Below are positions 29,006 to 37,733 of a DNA stretch of 64,000 nucleotides, piece by piece (positions within the stretch are counted from its first letter, which is position 1; every line of letters starts with the position of its first letter). The stretch comes from a virus. The notes below the pieces were generated by a model, which saw only the letters and a program-made list of their open reading frames with translations, was not told the origin of the DNA and made no database searches. Location: the IMG/VR virus record IMGVR_UViG_3300023274_000002, positions 6,633 through 70,632 of that record. One strand, 5' to 3'. The position numbers were made by a program, and so were the translations under genes.

Positions 29006-30045
29006 TCTTTCTCCTTCCTCGGCTTGAACGCCTTGTCGATGTAGAGCACGGGGTACGTGGTCTCGCTGACCACCGCGTCGTAGGCCTCCGGCCAGCGCTC
29101 CTTGAGCATCTCGAGGTTGACTTTCGGCCGGCTGCCGCTGCGATACCAGTACGCCCGCTCGCCGCTGAACGTCGCGACCTCGGCGCCCGCAGCGGCCTTG
29201 CGCAGCAGCGCCTTGGCCGCGTCCTGCTTCTTGCCGAGCGCGGTGATCTGTGCGGCCAGGTCGGCGGCCTCCATCACCTCGCCGATGGTGTCCATATCCA
29301 CCTCGGCGACGCCGGTCCGTTTCGGGTGCGTGGCGTTGTCGAGGTCGATCAGCTTGTCGGCCTTCTCGACGTTCCACTCCGGTTCGATGCCGGGGATCAG
29401 GTGCTCGCGCCGGAACCGGTCGACCTCGCCGACCACGTAGTCCATGAGCCGCTGGTCACGGTCGCGGTAGATGATCCCCTGCCGGAAGTCGCCGGGCACG
29501 TCGACCATGTAGTGCATGTGGTGGTAGCCGGTGACGTAGAGCTGATGCAAGATCTGCGCCTTGATCCGGTCAGGTTCGTCGTCACGCCACAGTTTGGCGG
29601 ATGCCTCCTCCATCCGCTTCGTCTCCAGCCCGCAGTCCCCATACGTGTCGCCGTAGACCGGGCACTCGCGCACCCGCCGGTCGATGGTGGTCTGATGCCA
29701 CGGTGCACCGTCGCGGGAGACCAGCCCGATCTCGTCGATGACGGCCCGGTTGCGCCGGCACCACTCCATGGCGATGTACGGCTCGGACACCGTGCCCTTC
29801 ACCATGGCCGGCGTCGGCTCCCGCTCAATGCCGTACATCTTGTCCCGGTAGACGTGCACCGCCGTGTCGACGTGCTCCAGGTCGAGGATCGACGGCACGT
29901 CCGACGACCCGATGCAGTAGTTCAGCGAGTGCGGCCCGATCGTGTGCCCGCGCCACCGCCGCGCCTGCAACCACTCCGCCGTCTTTAGCCCCTCCGCTCC
30001 GAGCACCAACCGCCCGGTGGGCGTGACCAGATCCCCGACCTTCAC
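29002..30045 (-). CDS. YqaJ / lambda-exonuclease-like recombination nuclease
   Basis: WLQARR..IGSSDVPSIL..GTVSEPYI..TTIDR..LETK..QILHQLYVTG. Confidence 0.85.
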   Translation of the reverse strand: MKVGDLVTPTGRLVLGAEGLKTAEWLQARRWRGHTIGPHSLNYCIGSSDVPSILDLEHVDTAVHVYRDKMYGIEREPTPAMVKGTVSEPYIAMEWCRRNRAVIDEIGLVSRDGAPWHQTTIDRRVRECPVYGDTYGDCGLETKRMEEASAKLWRDDEPDRIKAQILHQLYVTGYHHMHYMVDVPGDFRQGIIYRDRDQRLMDYVVGEVDRFRREHLIPGIEPEWNVEKADKLIDLDNATHPKRTGVAEVDMDTIGEVMEAADLAAQITALGKKQDAAKALLRKAAAGAEVATFSGERAYWYRSGSRPKVNLEMLKERWPEAYDAVVSETTYPVLYIDKAFKPRKEKE

Positions 30046-30202
30046 CGCCGCCTCCGCTCCCACGCGTCGCCGTGGGGGTCGTAGTGCGTACCCCCGTGCC
30101 ACCGCCCGCGCATGCACCTGTACCGCTCTTCCGAAAACTCGGGCCATACGCGCTCAGGGCATCGCAGCCCCAGGGCGAGCATCACCAGCGTCACAGCCCG
30201 CC

Positions 30203-30682
30203 TCACCACGTCGGCTCCACGGCGGGGAAGCTGACGTTCTTCGGATCGTGGAACGCCTTGATGAAGGCCTCCGATCGGGGATCAACCTCAGGGTCATGCC
30301 ACAGCAGGCTCGCCTCCCAGCCGGCCCGGTACGCCGAGGAGAATCGCGGCGGGAGGTAGCCGTAGGCCACGAGCAGGTCCACCGCCTCCCGCACCGACGT
30401 GACGCGGTGATGGGAGAAGGTGCCGTACCGGTAGTTGCGCGCCTCGCTGATATCCCCGGGCGACTCCCGCTCGATCGTCACGATGCTGCGCACCCGTCCG
30501 GGCCATCCGTCCGCCGGGACGCCCCAACGGTCCCACTGAAGGAACCCGTGCGCTCCGCCGAGGCCCTGCCCGCGTCGGGTCAGGTAGAACGTCACGTCGT
30601 GGTTGCGCCGCCACCGGGCGACCTCCTTGAGCAGGCCGATCTCCTCGGCGCTCAGGTGCCGCACCTCGTCTTCGTCGCTCAT
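30203..30682 (-). CDS. hypothetical protein
   Basis: AAGGAG SD, ATGA coupling. Confidence 0.55.
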   Translation of the reverse strand: MSDEDEVRHLSAEEIGLLKEVARWRRNHDVTFYLTRRGQGLGGAHGFLQWDRWGVPADGWPGRVRSIVTIERESPGDISEARNYRYGTFSHHRVTSVREAVDLLVAYGYLPPRFSSAYRAGWEASLLWHDPEVDPRSEAFIKAFHDPKNVSFPAVEPTW

Positions 30683-31029
30683 CGGATCTCGTGCTCCTTC
30701 CTCGTCCAGCCCATGCTCAGGTAGGTGCCCACGACGGATTCGAACCGATCGCGGAGCCGATCCGGTGAACCCATGTCCCGAGAAGAGATGGGGATCTCCT
30801 GAACGAATCCGGGCAGGTCCCGGCCTCCGGGGATCACCACGGCCGGATGGCTGACAAAGATGCGCTTGATCTGCGGGTACGAGTGGATCCAGACGATATC
30901 GGTGTAGGTCGGGAACGCCCGGTGCAGCAGCGCCGTGTATGCCGGCCGGTTCTGCGCCTGGTGCTCGGCGTCGATCTCTCCGGCGATCTCATCGTCGGTC
31001 ATGTCCCAGTACTCATCGTGGGTCATCAT
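30679..31029 (-). CDS. hypothetical protein, first gene of leftward transcript
   Basis: GAGAGGGG SD; downstream of leftward promoter. Confidence 0.55.
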   Translation of the reverse strand: MMTHDEYWDMTDDEIAGEIDAEHQAQNRPAYTALLHRAFPTYTDIVWIHSYPQIKRIFVSHPAVVIPGGRDLPGFVQEIPISSRDMGSPDRLRDRFESVVGTYLSMGWTRKEHEIR

Positions 31030-31054
31030 CCCACCAGCCCCTCTCTCGGTGTAC

Positions 31055-31110
31055 GTACAGTATGCCCTTGCCCAAGGCCTTGCGCAAGGCTGGTCCGGTC
31101 GGGCAGACTG
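31055..31110. promoter_or_regulatory. divergent promoter/operator switch
   Basis: Tandem dyads CCTTGCCCAAGG CCTTGCGCAAGG (31066-31089); TTGCGC on both strands with CATACT (left) and CAGACT (right) -10-like hexamers. Confidence 0.6.
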
Positions 31111-31145
31111 CAAGAGGACAAGCCGAACCAACGGAAGGAGGGCAG

Positions 31146-31472
31146 ATGCCGACCGCGCATACTCGCCCGAACGAGACGCGTGAAATGCGTCTGTTCTCCA
31201 AAATCATCTTGCTCTCGCGCACGAAAGTGGCTGCGGGAGCCCAGTCGTTGCCGCAGTTCCTGGCCCGCCGCCGGATGCCCGGCGAGGGATGGCGCGGCTG
31301 GGACGAGATCCGCTACGAGCTCCGCGACGTCTCAGGCGAGATCGTCAGCGACGGCTCGATCCGCAAGTGGGCCGAGCGCTACGGCATCCCGGAGAACACG
31401 CAGGCCGACGGGACGGACGAACAGATTCAGGAGTACGTCGATACCCTGCGTGAGGCAGGCATCGAGCTGTAG
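31146..31472 (+). CDS. HTH DNA-binding protein (candidate switch regulator)
   Basis: GWDEIRYELRDVSGEIVSDGSIRKWAERYGI; AAGGAGG SD. Confidence 0.65.
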   Translation: MPTAHTRPNETREMRLFSKIILLSRTKVAAGAQSLPQFLARRRMPGEGWRGWDEIRYELRDVSGEIVSDGSIRKWAERYGIPENTQADGTDEQIQEYVDTLREAGIEL

Positions 31473-31486
31473 AGGAGGTGACCACC

Positions 31487-31522
31487 ATGCGCCCCACCTA
31501 CCGCACGATCGACTGGGACTAG
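31487..31522 (+). CDS. 11-aa peptide MRPTYRTIDWD
   Basis: GGAGGTG SD 6 nt before ATG. Confidence 0.35.
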   Translation: MRPTYRTIDWD

Positions 31523-31524
31523 TC

Positions 31525-32015
31525 CCCGAGCGCCGAGAGTGGTTTGTGAGTGACACGCAGGCAAAACGGTTGATCGAAGTCTCCGGACGGGATGGATAGA
31601 CGGGCAGCTTCCCCCCGGATCAGCCGACGCGCAGGAACTCACCGAAGACGGTCTGACAGCGCCGTGACGGTCACCAGAGGTGGCGGTGTTCGGAAGCCCG
31701 AAAGGGTCACGGTACGGCGGGGCAGGAGCCTTTCCGTCGGCGGGTTCGATTCCCGCCCCGAGCGCGAGCGTGACGAACGACGACCATCACGATGGGCCGC
31801 TCCGGTGCAAGGCCGGATCGTTCGCCACCTCAGGGACGGCGAGCCGTTTAGCCGCGGGTGGATAGAACTAGCAGCCGAAGCCGCGCGGTGGCCTGGCAGT
31901 GACCAGCTCGCCGTTCCACCGGTCGGGCGGGGCAGCCGCATCAACGACCGCAGGGAGCGCCACGGGCTGATCGGTGGCGGAAGTCTTGGAGTCCCTGCGG
32001 TGGCCCGGCCGGCAT
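31525..32015 (+). ncRNA. large structured RNA with tRNA-like T-arms
   Basis: No convincing ORF; many nested helices; GGCGGG-TTCGATT-CCCGCC and TCCGG-TGCAAGG-CCGGA arms. Confidence 0.55.
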
Positions 32016-32036
32016 CACCACCCGAGAGGAGACGAC

Positions 32037-32411
32037 GTGTCCGACGAGACCCGGTGCGGCATCTGCGGTGTCGACATGCTGGCCCAGTGGATTCGCATGC
32101 GCCAGACCAATCCGCGCATCGAGGTCACCTGGCAGCTCACGAGCGGGTTCTGCGCCTCCTGTCACCTGGCCCGCCGAGCAGCCGCCCATGAGTACGACCT
32201 GGCCGCTGCCGAGGTCCGGCTGTGGGACATGCTCGGCGCTGCGACGAAAGGTCGCGGTCGCAATGCGTCCGGCGCGAGCGCGCTGTCTGCCGCCATCCGC
32301 CGGGTGTCGGCCGCCGATGAGCTCTGCATCCGGTTGAAGATCTGGTCCGCCGCACGGTCCACCCGTAGGCCGTCCTGGTTCTACGGCGACGAGAGGAGCA
32401 ATACCGAATGA
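32037..32411 (+). CDS. zinc-binding hypothetical protein
   Basis: CGIC..CASC; GAGGAG SD. Confidence 0.55.
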   Translation: MSDETRCGICGVDMLAQWIRMRQTNPRIEVTWQLTSGFCASCHLARRAAAHEYDLAAAEVRLWDMLGAATKGRGRNASGASALSAAIRRVSAADELCIRLKIWSAARSTRRPSWFYGDERSNTE

Positions 32412-33154
32412 TCACCACGCCCACCACCGAGCTGATCGGCTGCCTGTCCGACGTGCTCCCGCAGATCTCCGACGAGAGGGGCGCCCTGGCCGGCGTCAAG
32501 GTCGCCTGGAACGGCGAGTCCCTGCACTTCACCACGTACGACGTCTACTCCGGCGCGACCATCGAGTGGACCCCCGGCGAGGGCGCCGAGGGCGACATGC
32601 AGAACGGCCCCAAGGGCAGTCAGTGGGACGACGACATCGTCTGGGGCGGCGAGGACGATCCGTGGGAGACGTGGATTTGGCTGCCGCACGCCAAGGACAT
32701 CGTCAAGCTGTTCAACCTGCCGGCGAAGCTCTGGCGCTTCCCGGTCACCCTGAAGTGCACGGCGGTCGGCGACCTGATCGTCGAGCGCGTCGACAGCCCT
32801 CGCGGCAACCGCGAGCTTCGCCTTCCCGGCGACCGCGACATGCTCAAGAAGATCCCCGATGTGCGCGCCGAGGTTGACAAGGTGGTCCGCCTGCTGGCGT
32901 CGCATCAGACCGAAGCGAAGTTCAATCACCAGCGCCTCGGCGCGTTCGGCGGGGTTCGTCCGCACGGCACGATGGTAATGACGTTCGGGGCCGATGACGT
33001 CCCGACCGCCGTGCACATCGGCTCGCGGTTCGCCGGATTCCTCTACCCGGTCGGCGCCAAGAACGTCCGCCCCTACAGCTTCCTGCGCGACGCCACCGGC
33101 TTCCACGCCGGACAGACCTCGAGCGGCAAGACGGAGCCGGACGAGGAGTTCTGA
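32408..33154 (+). CDS. hypothetical protein, possibly a divergent beta-clamp-like fold
   Basis: LAGVKVAWNGESLHFTTYDVYS resembles clamp-domain GV....ATDRY; ends F.GFLYPV. Confidence 0.45.
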   Translation: MITTPTTELIGCLSDVLPQISDERGALAGVKVAWNGESLHFTTYDVYSGATIEWTPGEGAEGDMQNGPKGSQWDDDIVWGGEDDPWETWIWLPHAKDIVKLFNLPAKLWRFPVTLKCTAVGDLIVERVDSPRGNRELRLPGDRDMLKKIPDVRAEVDKVVRLLASHQTEAKFNHQRLGAFGGVRPHGTMVMTFGADDVPTAVHIGSRFAGFLYPVGAKNVRPYSFLRDATGFHAGQTSSGKTEPDEEF

Positions 33155-33441
33155 TGGTCGATCAGGCCCCCGAGTCGACGCGCTTCGCACGCCGACATCT
33201 GATCCGTAAGGTCAACGACGAGTTTGCTATGCGCATCGAACGCGCCGAGGTCGCTACGCGTGTGACTGCGGACCACAGGGCGCACACCGAGGTCAGCCTC
33301 AGGCATGCCCCCGTATGGGATTGGGACAAGGAGGCCGTGGCCGCGCTCCGCGAGCTGCCGGGCGCCGATCCGGGCGTCCCGATCGGATCGCCGGGACGCA
33401 CCTACACCGTTTACTGGGACGGCGTCCGAGCGCCCATCTGA
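33154..33441 (+). CDS. hypothetical protein
   Basis: TGATG coupling; hairpin at ~33448-33475 follows. Confidence 0.55.
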   Translation: MVDQAPESTRFARRHLIRKVNDEFAMRIERAEVATRVTADHRAHTEVSLRHAPVWDWDKEAVAALRELPGADPGVPIGSPGRTYTVYWDGVRAPI

Positions 33442-33545
33442 CGCAGAAGGCCCCGGGCGCTGACCCGGGGCCTTCCTACCGAGAGGAGCGGTGACGAGCC
33501 GCCCCACCTGGACCTTGCGGTCCGAGAGGAGCCCTGATCATAGCC

Positions 33546-34625
33546 ATGACCACTGACAATCTCCTGGACATCGTGCGCACGGCGCCGCCGTGGGCGACCG
33601 GCGCAGCCGCGGGACTGGCCCTGCTGGTACTGATCCTGCTGGCCCGGGCGATCCGCAAGCGCGGCAAGGGCAAGGCCGCGAAGTGGGCCACCGGCGCGGC
33701 CACCGTGCTCGGTATGGCGTGGTCTGCGCAGGGCATGTGGGACACCGCGACGCGCCGCTACGGTCAGCCCGAACAGGTGGCCGTGGTGCTCTTCGTCGTG
33801 TTCGAGGCCTTCCTGGCCGGCCGCATGCTGCGCGCCCACCAGTACCGCGCGGACTTCGCCCGCCGCGGCCGGTTCGTGCAGGCCGTGTGGATCGGTGCCT
33901 GCATCATGGCGCTGGTGGTCGCCCTCGGCGAGGGCTGGCAGCAGGCTCCCGGCCGCCTGGCCATCCCGCTACTGGTGGCCTATGGCTGGTACACCGACCT
34001 GACCGCCGACGACGACCCCGGGCTCAAGCCGAAGACCTCGTGGCGACTGACCCCGCGCCGGATCGGCCTGGCGATCGGCCTGCTTGAGCCTGGCGAGCGT
34101 GACGCGCTGACGATCGACCGCGACCGGCTGCGCGCCAGGATGACCAGACTCGCCTTCCGCATCGAGTTCGGGGCGGACCCGATCAACGACCTGCTGCACC
34201 GGGACGTGCGGCTCGCCAAGCTCAAGACGATCGCTGACGATGCCGACCTGGCCGAGGTCCGCGCCCGACTGGCCCGGATGCGGACCGCGCTGATCGGGCC
34301 GACGCCGGCCGCGACGACCACGCCCGAGGCGAAGCCGAAGGATCCCGCTCGCCCGGGCCGGCCCACCGACGACCGCCTACCGCAGGGTGTGCACAAGCGG
34401 CTAGGCCGACTGCTGCGCGGCGCGGAGCTGGAGGCGGACGCGGTCGCTGTCATGACGAAGTCGATCGGACCGGACCGCCCTCGCGGGTACTCCTGGGTGG
34501 AACTGGCAGGCCTCTACGATCCGGCGCTGCGCCAGCGCAAGGCCGAAGAGTTCGTGGCAGCAGGCCGCAGGCAGGTTCGCTCCGTACAGATCAACGGCGA
34601 GCGCCCGAAAATCACCGTCCCGTAG
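33546..34625 (+). CDS. Spd-like multi-pass membrane protein (actinomycete plasmid spread family-like)
   Basis: 4-5 TM helices, SAQGMW..VLFVVFE, TPRRIGLAIGL..RDAL..DRDR, Pro-rich linker. Confidence 0.55.
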   Translation: MTTDNLLDIVRTAPPWATGAAAGLALLVLILLARAIRKRGKGKAAKWATGAATVLGMAWSAQGMWDTATRRYGQPEQVAVVLFVVFEAFLAGRMLRAHQYRADFARRGRFVQAVWIGACIMALVVALGEGWQQAPGRLAIPLLVAYGWYTDLTADDDPGLKPKTSWRLTPRRIGLAIGLLEPGERDALTIDRDRLRARMTRLAFRIEFGADPINDLLHRDVRLAKLKTIADDADLAEVRARLARMRTALIGPTPAATTTPEAKPKDPARPGRPTDDRLPQGVHKRLGRLLRGAELEADAVAVMTKSIGPDRPRGYSWVELAGLYDPALRQRKAEEFVAAGRRQVRSVQINGERPKITVP

Positions 34626-34647
34626 CCAAACCTTCTCCACTATCCAT

Positions 34648-34711
34648 TACTGTACCCCCAGTAAATCCTTCCGTCTAGGGGTTGCGGTAGGTGAAAACTG
34701 GGGGTACAGTA
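34648..34711. promoter_or_regulatory. 15-bp inverted repeat containing promoter TTGCGG-N17-TACAGT
   Basis: TACTGTACCCCCAGT (34648-34662) / ACTGGGGGTACAGTA (34697-34711). Confidence 0.8.
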
Positions 34712-34737
34712 TGAGTAACGGCAACGAGGGGGACGAG

Positions 34738-34968
34738 ATGAACGCCACTAGCCCGGACGGAACGCAGACGGTCACTTACACCGGAAAGCGCGCCGTGCAG
34801 TTCGCGACGTGGGCCAAGGATCGCAAGTCGATCGACGGCGGGGCCGGCCCGAAGACCGGATGGATTCACCTCGGCTGGACGTCCGCCACCGACCCGATGA
34901 AGGCCGTAGCCGCCGGGCGCAGTACGAACAAATACTTCATGACTTACGAGATCACCCCCGCCGAGTAG
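34738..34968 (+). CDS. cassette gene, hypothetical
   Basis: GAGGGGG SD; terminator at ~34976-35005. Confidence 0.6.
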   Translation: MNATSPDGTQTVTYTGKRAVQFATWAKDRKSIDGGAGPKTGWIHLGWTSATDPMKAVAAGRSTNKYFMTYEITPAE

Positions 34969-35016
34969 GCGCCGAATCCCCGCCCCTGAAGGGGGGCGGG
35001 GATTTTCTCGCTCCCC

Positions 35017-35045
35017 TTGCGCGCATGGTGTTCTGGGGGTACAGT
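35017..35045 (+). promoter_or_regulatory. promoter TTGCGC-N17-TACAGT (leaderless mRNA)
   Basis: ATG 6 nt after the -10. Confidence 0.8.
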
Positions 35046-35051
35046 AAGAGC

Positions 35052-35219
35052 ATGACCTACACGATGATCCTCACCGTTGAGAACGCCACCGGCTCCACCG
35101 CCTACCCCGCCGTCAAGGGAGTGCCCGCCGAGATGATCGAGATCGAGAAGGCCGAGACGGAGCGGGCACTGGTCAAGACCGGCGACATGCGGACATGGAA
35201 GGTCATCGCGGACATTTGA
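35052..35219 (+). CDS. leaderless cassette gene, 55 aa
   Basis: MTYTMILTVENATG..; terminator at ~35236-35264. Confidence 0.6.
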   Translation: MTYTMILTVENATGSTAYPAVKGVPAEMIEIEKAETERALVKTGDMRTWKVIADI

Positions 35220-35285
35220 ATCTCACACCGCCGAGCCCCCGCCGACACAGGTCGGCGGGGGTTTGTGCCATCCGGGTCCACGGGA

Positions 35286-35315
35286 TTGCGGCCCACTCCT
35301 TAGTGGGGGTACAGT
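35286..35315 (+). promoter_or_regulatory. promoter TTGCGG-N18-TACAGT
   Basis: Motif copy. Confidence 0.8.
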
Positions 35316-35345
35316 AATAGCATACCGAGAGAGAGCGAGAGGCCA

Positions 35346-35753
35346 ATGTCCACCGTCCCGAACTGGATCCCGCGAGCGTGGGTGCTGCTGCCGTCCAGTA
35401 GCCGCCTGCGGCCCGACGAGATCGTCCGCACCCTCTCCTGGCGCGCCACGCACACGCAGGTCGTGGTCAGGCTGGACAACCCGAAGCAGACCGCGATGCG
35501 GTTCTGGCTGGATGGCCTGCGTCCGCTCGGGAATGAGAACCACGGGGCCAAGCTGCTCGACGGCGACGACCCGGAGACGCAGGCGATGATCGCCCGCATC
35601 CGCGCGGACGAGGCCGTCGCCGACTTCGAGACGGCCCTGAACACCACGCGCATGGATCGCGTGCGTGGCGACCGCGAGGCTCAGGCTCGCCTGATCGGGC
35701 AGGTGCGCGACGCCGCGACCGCCGCTCTCGCCGCGCTGGAGCCGCTGCTATGA
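35346..35753 (+). CDS. cassette gene, hypothetical
   Basis: GAGAGG SD. Confidence 0.6.
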   Translation: MSTVPNWIPRAWVLLPSSSRLRPDEIVRTLSWRATHTQVVVRLDNPKQTAMRFWLDGLRPLGNENHGAKLLDGDDPETQAMIARIRADEAVADFETALNTTRMDRVRGDREAQARLIGQVRDAATAALAALEPLL

Positions 35754-36463
35754 GCGACGTCAGTTGGGGGTCCGACGAGCCGACAGTGCGCATGGAGCCT
35801 GTTGACCCCTGGGCGGGAGCGCCTGGCGACCGGTCGGCCGCCCCCGAGCCGCGACGGCGCAGAATGGCTTTCGGTCGGGTGTACGAGACGATCGAGGCGG
35901 GCCAGCGCGACGGCGAGCACCGGTACGTGGGGATGACCGAGAAGACCCTTCACCAACGCGTGCACGGCCCGAGCGGCCACACCTCGCCGGCCAGCGTCGC
36001 CAAGGATCCGTGGAAGGCCGGCATCCTGCCGGGCCGAGCCGGGTACCGGCTGCTCGAAACCGTCTACGACACCGGTGACCCCGCCGAGAACGACCGGGCC
36101 CTGCGGCGCGCCGAGGCGTTCTGGATCGACCGTCTGCGCCCCTCGCGCAACGACGTCCGCCCGGTCCGCCCCCCGGTGTCCGCGCGCCCGGTCGCGCCGC
36201 CCCCGCGAGCAGCCCGACCGACGGCCCCCTCGCTGACGTACCGCGAGCGCGCGGCCCGGCGTAAGCGCCGGATGGCCGCCCTGAAGTTCTTCGCCCTGAT
36301 CGCGGCGATGGCCTTGTCCGTGGCCCTGGCGATCCGCGCCGCCGCGCTGCTCGATCTGCCCTGGACGCAAGGTCCCGCGATCCTCGCCGCGGCGGCCGGC
36401 GCGTACGTGGGCTGGAACGTCTTCTGGTTCCTGCACAAGCACCTGCGGAAGCTGACGCGGTGA
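35750..36463 (+). CDS. GIY-YIG-like nuclease domain with two C-terminal TM helices
   Basis: GRVY..RYVGMT..LHQRVHG..LRRAEAFWI..N. Confidence 0.6.
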   Translation: MSDVSWGSDEPTVRMEPVDPWAGAPGDRSAAPEPRRRRMAFGRVYETIEAGQRDGEHRYVGMTEKTLHQRVHGPSGHTSPASVAKDPWKAGILPGRAGYRLLETVYDTGDPAENDRALRRAEAFWIDRLRPSRNDVRPVRPPVSARPVAPPPRAARPTAPSLTYRERAARRKRRMAALKFFALIAAMALSVALAIRAAALLDLPWTQGPAILAAAAGAYVGWNVFWFLHKHLRKLTR

Positions 36464-36468
36464 CCCTC

Positions 36469-36498
36469 TTGCGCTCCCTGGCTTAGTGGGGGTACAGT
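36469..36498 (+). promoter_or_regulatory. promoter TTGCGC-N18-TACAGT
   Basis: Motif copy. Confidence 0.8.
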
Positions 36499-36526
36499 AA
36501 GGGCATACCAAGAGAGAGGCACCGAG

Positions 36527-36754
36527 ATGCGGATCCGGATCACGACCACCGACAACGCCTTTGCCGCCGAGATCGGCTCGGGGCTGGCCGAGGACAAGTC
36601 CACCGTGATCACGATCGCCGACGACAAGGTGGAACGCCTGACGTTCGCAGGCCGGGACATGATCCGGTTCGACATGGCCGCCGTGGCCAGCGGGCGCCTC
36701 CCGAAGGACTGGGGCAACCGCTACACGATGTACCCCGCCACCCGGATCTCCTGA
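36527..36754 (+). CDS. cassette gene, hypothetical
   Basis: GAGAGG SD. Confidence 0.6.
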   Translation: MRIRITTTDNAFAAEIGSGLAEDKSTVITIADDKVERLTFAGRDMIRFDMAAVASGRLPKDWGNRYTMYPATRIS

Positions 36755-36786
36755 GCCAGAGATCGAGAGATTTTCGGCATCCCCTC

Positions 36787-36815
36787 TTGCGGTCCGAATG
36801 AAGTGGGGGTACAGT
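36787..36815 (+). promoter_or_regulatory. promoter TTGCGG-N17-TACAGT
   Basis: Motif copy. Confidence 0.8.
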
Positions 36816-36844
36816 AAGAGCATACCGAGAGAGCGGAGAGCACG

Positions 36845-37039
36845 ATGAACCGGAAGATGAAGGCCCTGCGGAACCGACGGACCATTCTTCAGGCCCTGCG
36901 CATGGATGCCCGCTTCACGCTGCCCTCCGGTGCGATCACGCAGGCCGAGCTGGACGCCCGGATCGTCTCGGCTGAGACCCTGTTCGCCGACCGCGGGTGC
37001 CCGATGACCGCCGCCGACCGTGCCTTTATCGGTCACTGA
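36845..37039 (+). CDS. cassette gene, hypothetical
   Basis: GGAGAG SD. Confidence 0.55.
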   Translation: MNRKMKALRNRRTILQALRMDARFTLPSGAITQAELDARIVSAETLFADRGCPMTAADRAFIGH

Positions 37040-37053
37040 GAAAGGGGAACGGG

Positions 37054-37350
37054 ATGTACACCTCGGGGCGCACCGTCAAGGGCAACGCCAAGCCGACAAC
37101 GGTTGCCAGGGCGACCACCGACGCGCGGCGACTGATCGGCAAGCACCTGCCGACGACTGAGGGGGTCACGGTGAAGACCACGCTGACCGCCGACCCCGTC
37201 ACGCTGGCGCCGCAGTTGCGAACCGTCATCACCTGGCCCGGTTCCATCACTCCCGCGCACGTCCAGTTGGGAATGGCGATCACCCTGCTGCCCGGGTACC
37301 TCTCCGCGATCAACGACGACTGTTCGATCACCTACCTGCGCTCCGCCTGA
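37054..37350 (+). CDS. hypothetical protein
   Basis: AAGGGG SD. Confidence 0.55.
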   Translation: MYTSGRTVKGNAKPTTVARATTDARRLIGKHLPTTEGVTVKTTLTADPVTLAPQLRTVITWPGSITPAHVQLGMAITLLPGYLSAINDDCSITYLRSA

Positions 37351-37365
37351 CCGAGAGGAACTCCC

Positions 37366-37557
37366 ATGGCCAAGCTCATCACCGACCACGACATGCGTGA
37401 CCAGGTCCACGAAACGCTCGGCGACGAGGATGCCTACTTCGACATCACCGCGATCGTGTCCGAGATCCAAAGCATCTACGGCACTGTCGCCATCGACACG
37501 ATCTCCGGCGAGGAGTTCTGGGAGATCGTCAACCGCCACTACATTGACGCCTACTGA
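37366..37557 (+). CDS. small acidic protein
   Basis: GAGAGGA SD; YFDITAIV..EEFWEIV. Confidence 0.6.
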   Translation: MAKLITDHDMRDQVHETLGDEDAYFDITAIVSEIQSIYGTVAIDTISGEEFWEIVNRHYIDAY

Positions 37558-37577
37558 CCGAGAGAGAGACGACGATC

Positions 37578-37733
37578 ATGGCCACGAAGACCAGCCCCCG
37601 CCGTTCCGCCCGCCGCGCCGCCCGCATGCTGGAGCGCGCCGAACTGACCGGGTACGCCACGTTCGGCGCGCCCGACCGGGCCGGCAAGTACGCGACGTTC
37701 GGCCTTCCGTACACCGCCCGGGCCACGCGCTGA
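37578..37733 (+). CDS. small basic protein with YATFG repeat
   Basis: Manual translation; GAGAGAG leader; TGATG coupling to next gene. Confidence 0.5.
   Translation: MATKTSPRRSARRAARMLERAELTGYATFGAPDRAGKYATFGLPYTARATR

Noticed and set aside
31686-31827. Canonical tRNA genes
   Set aside because: T-arms present but no proper D-arm plus 7-nt anticodon loop; reported as tRNA-like ncRNA instead
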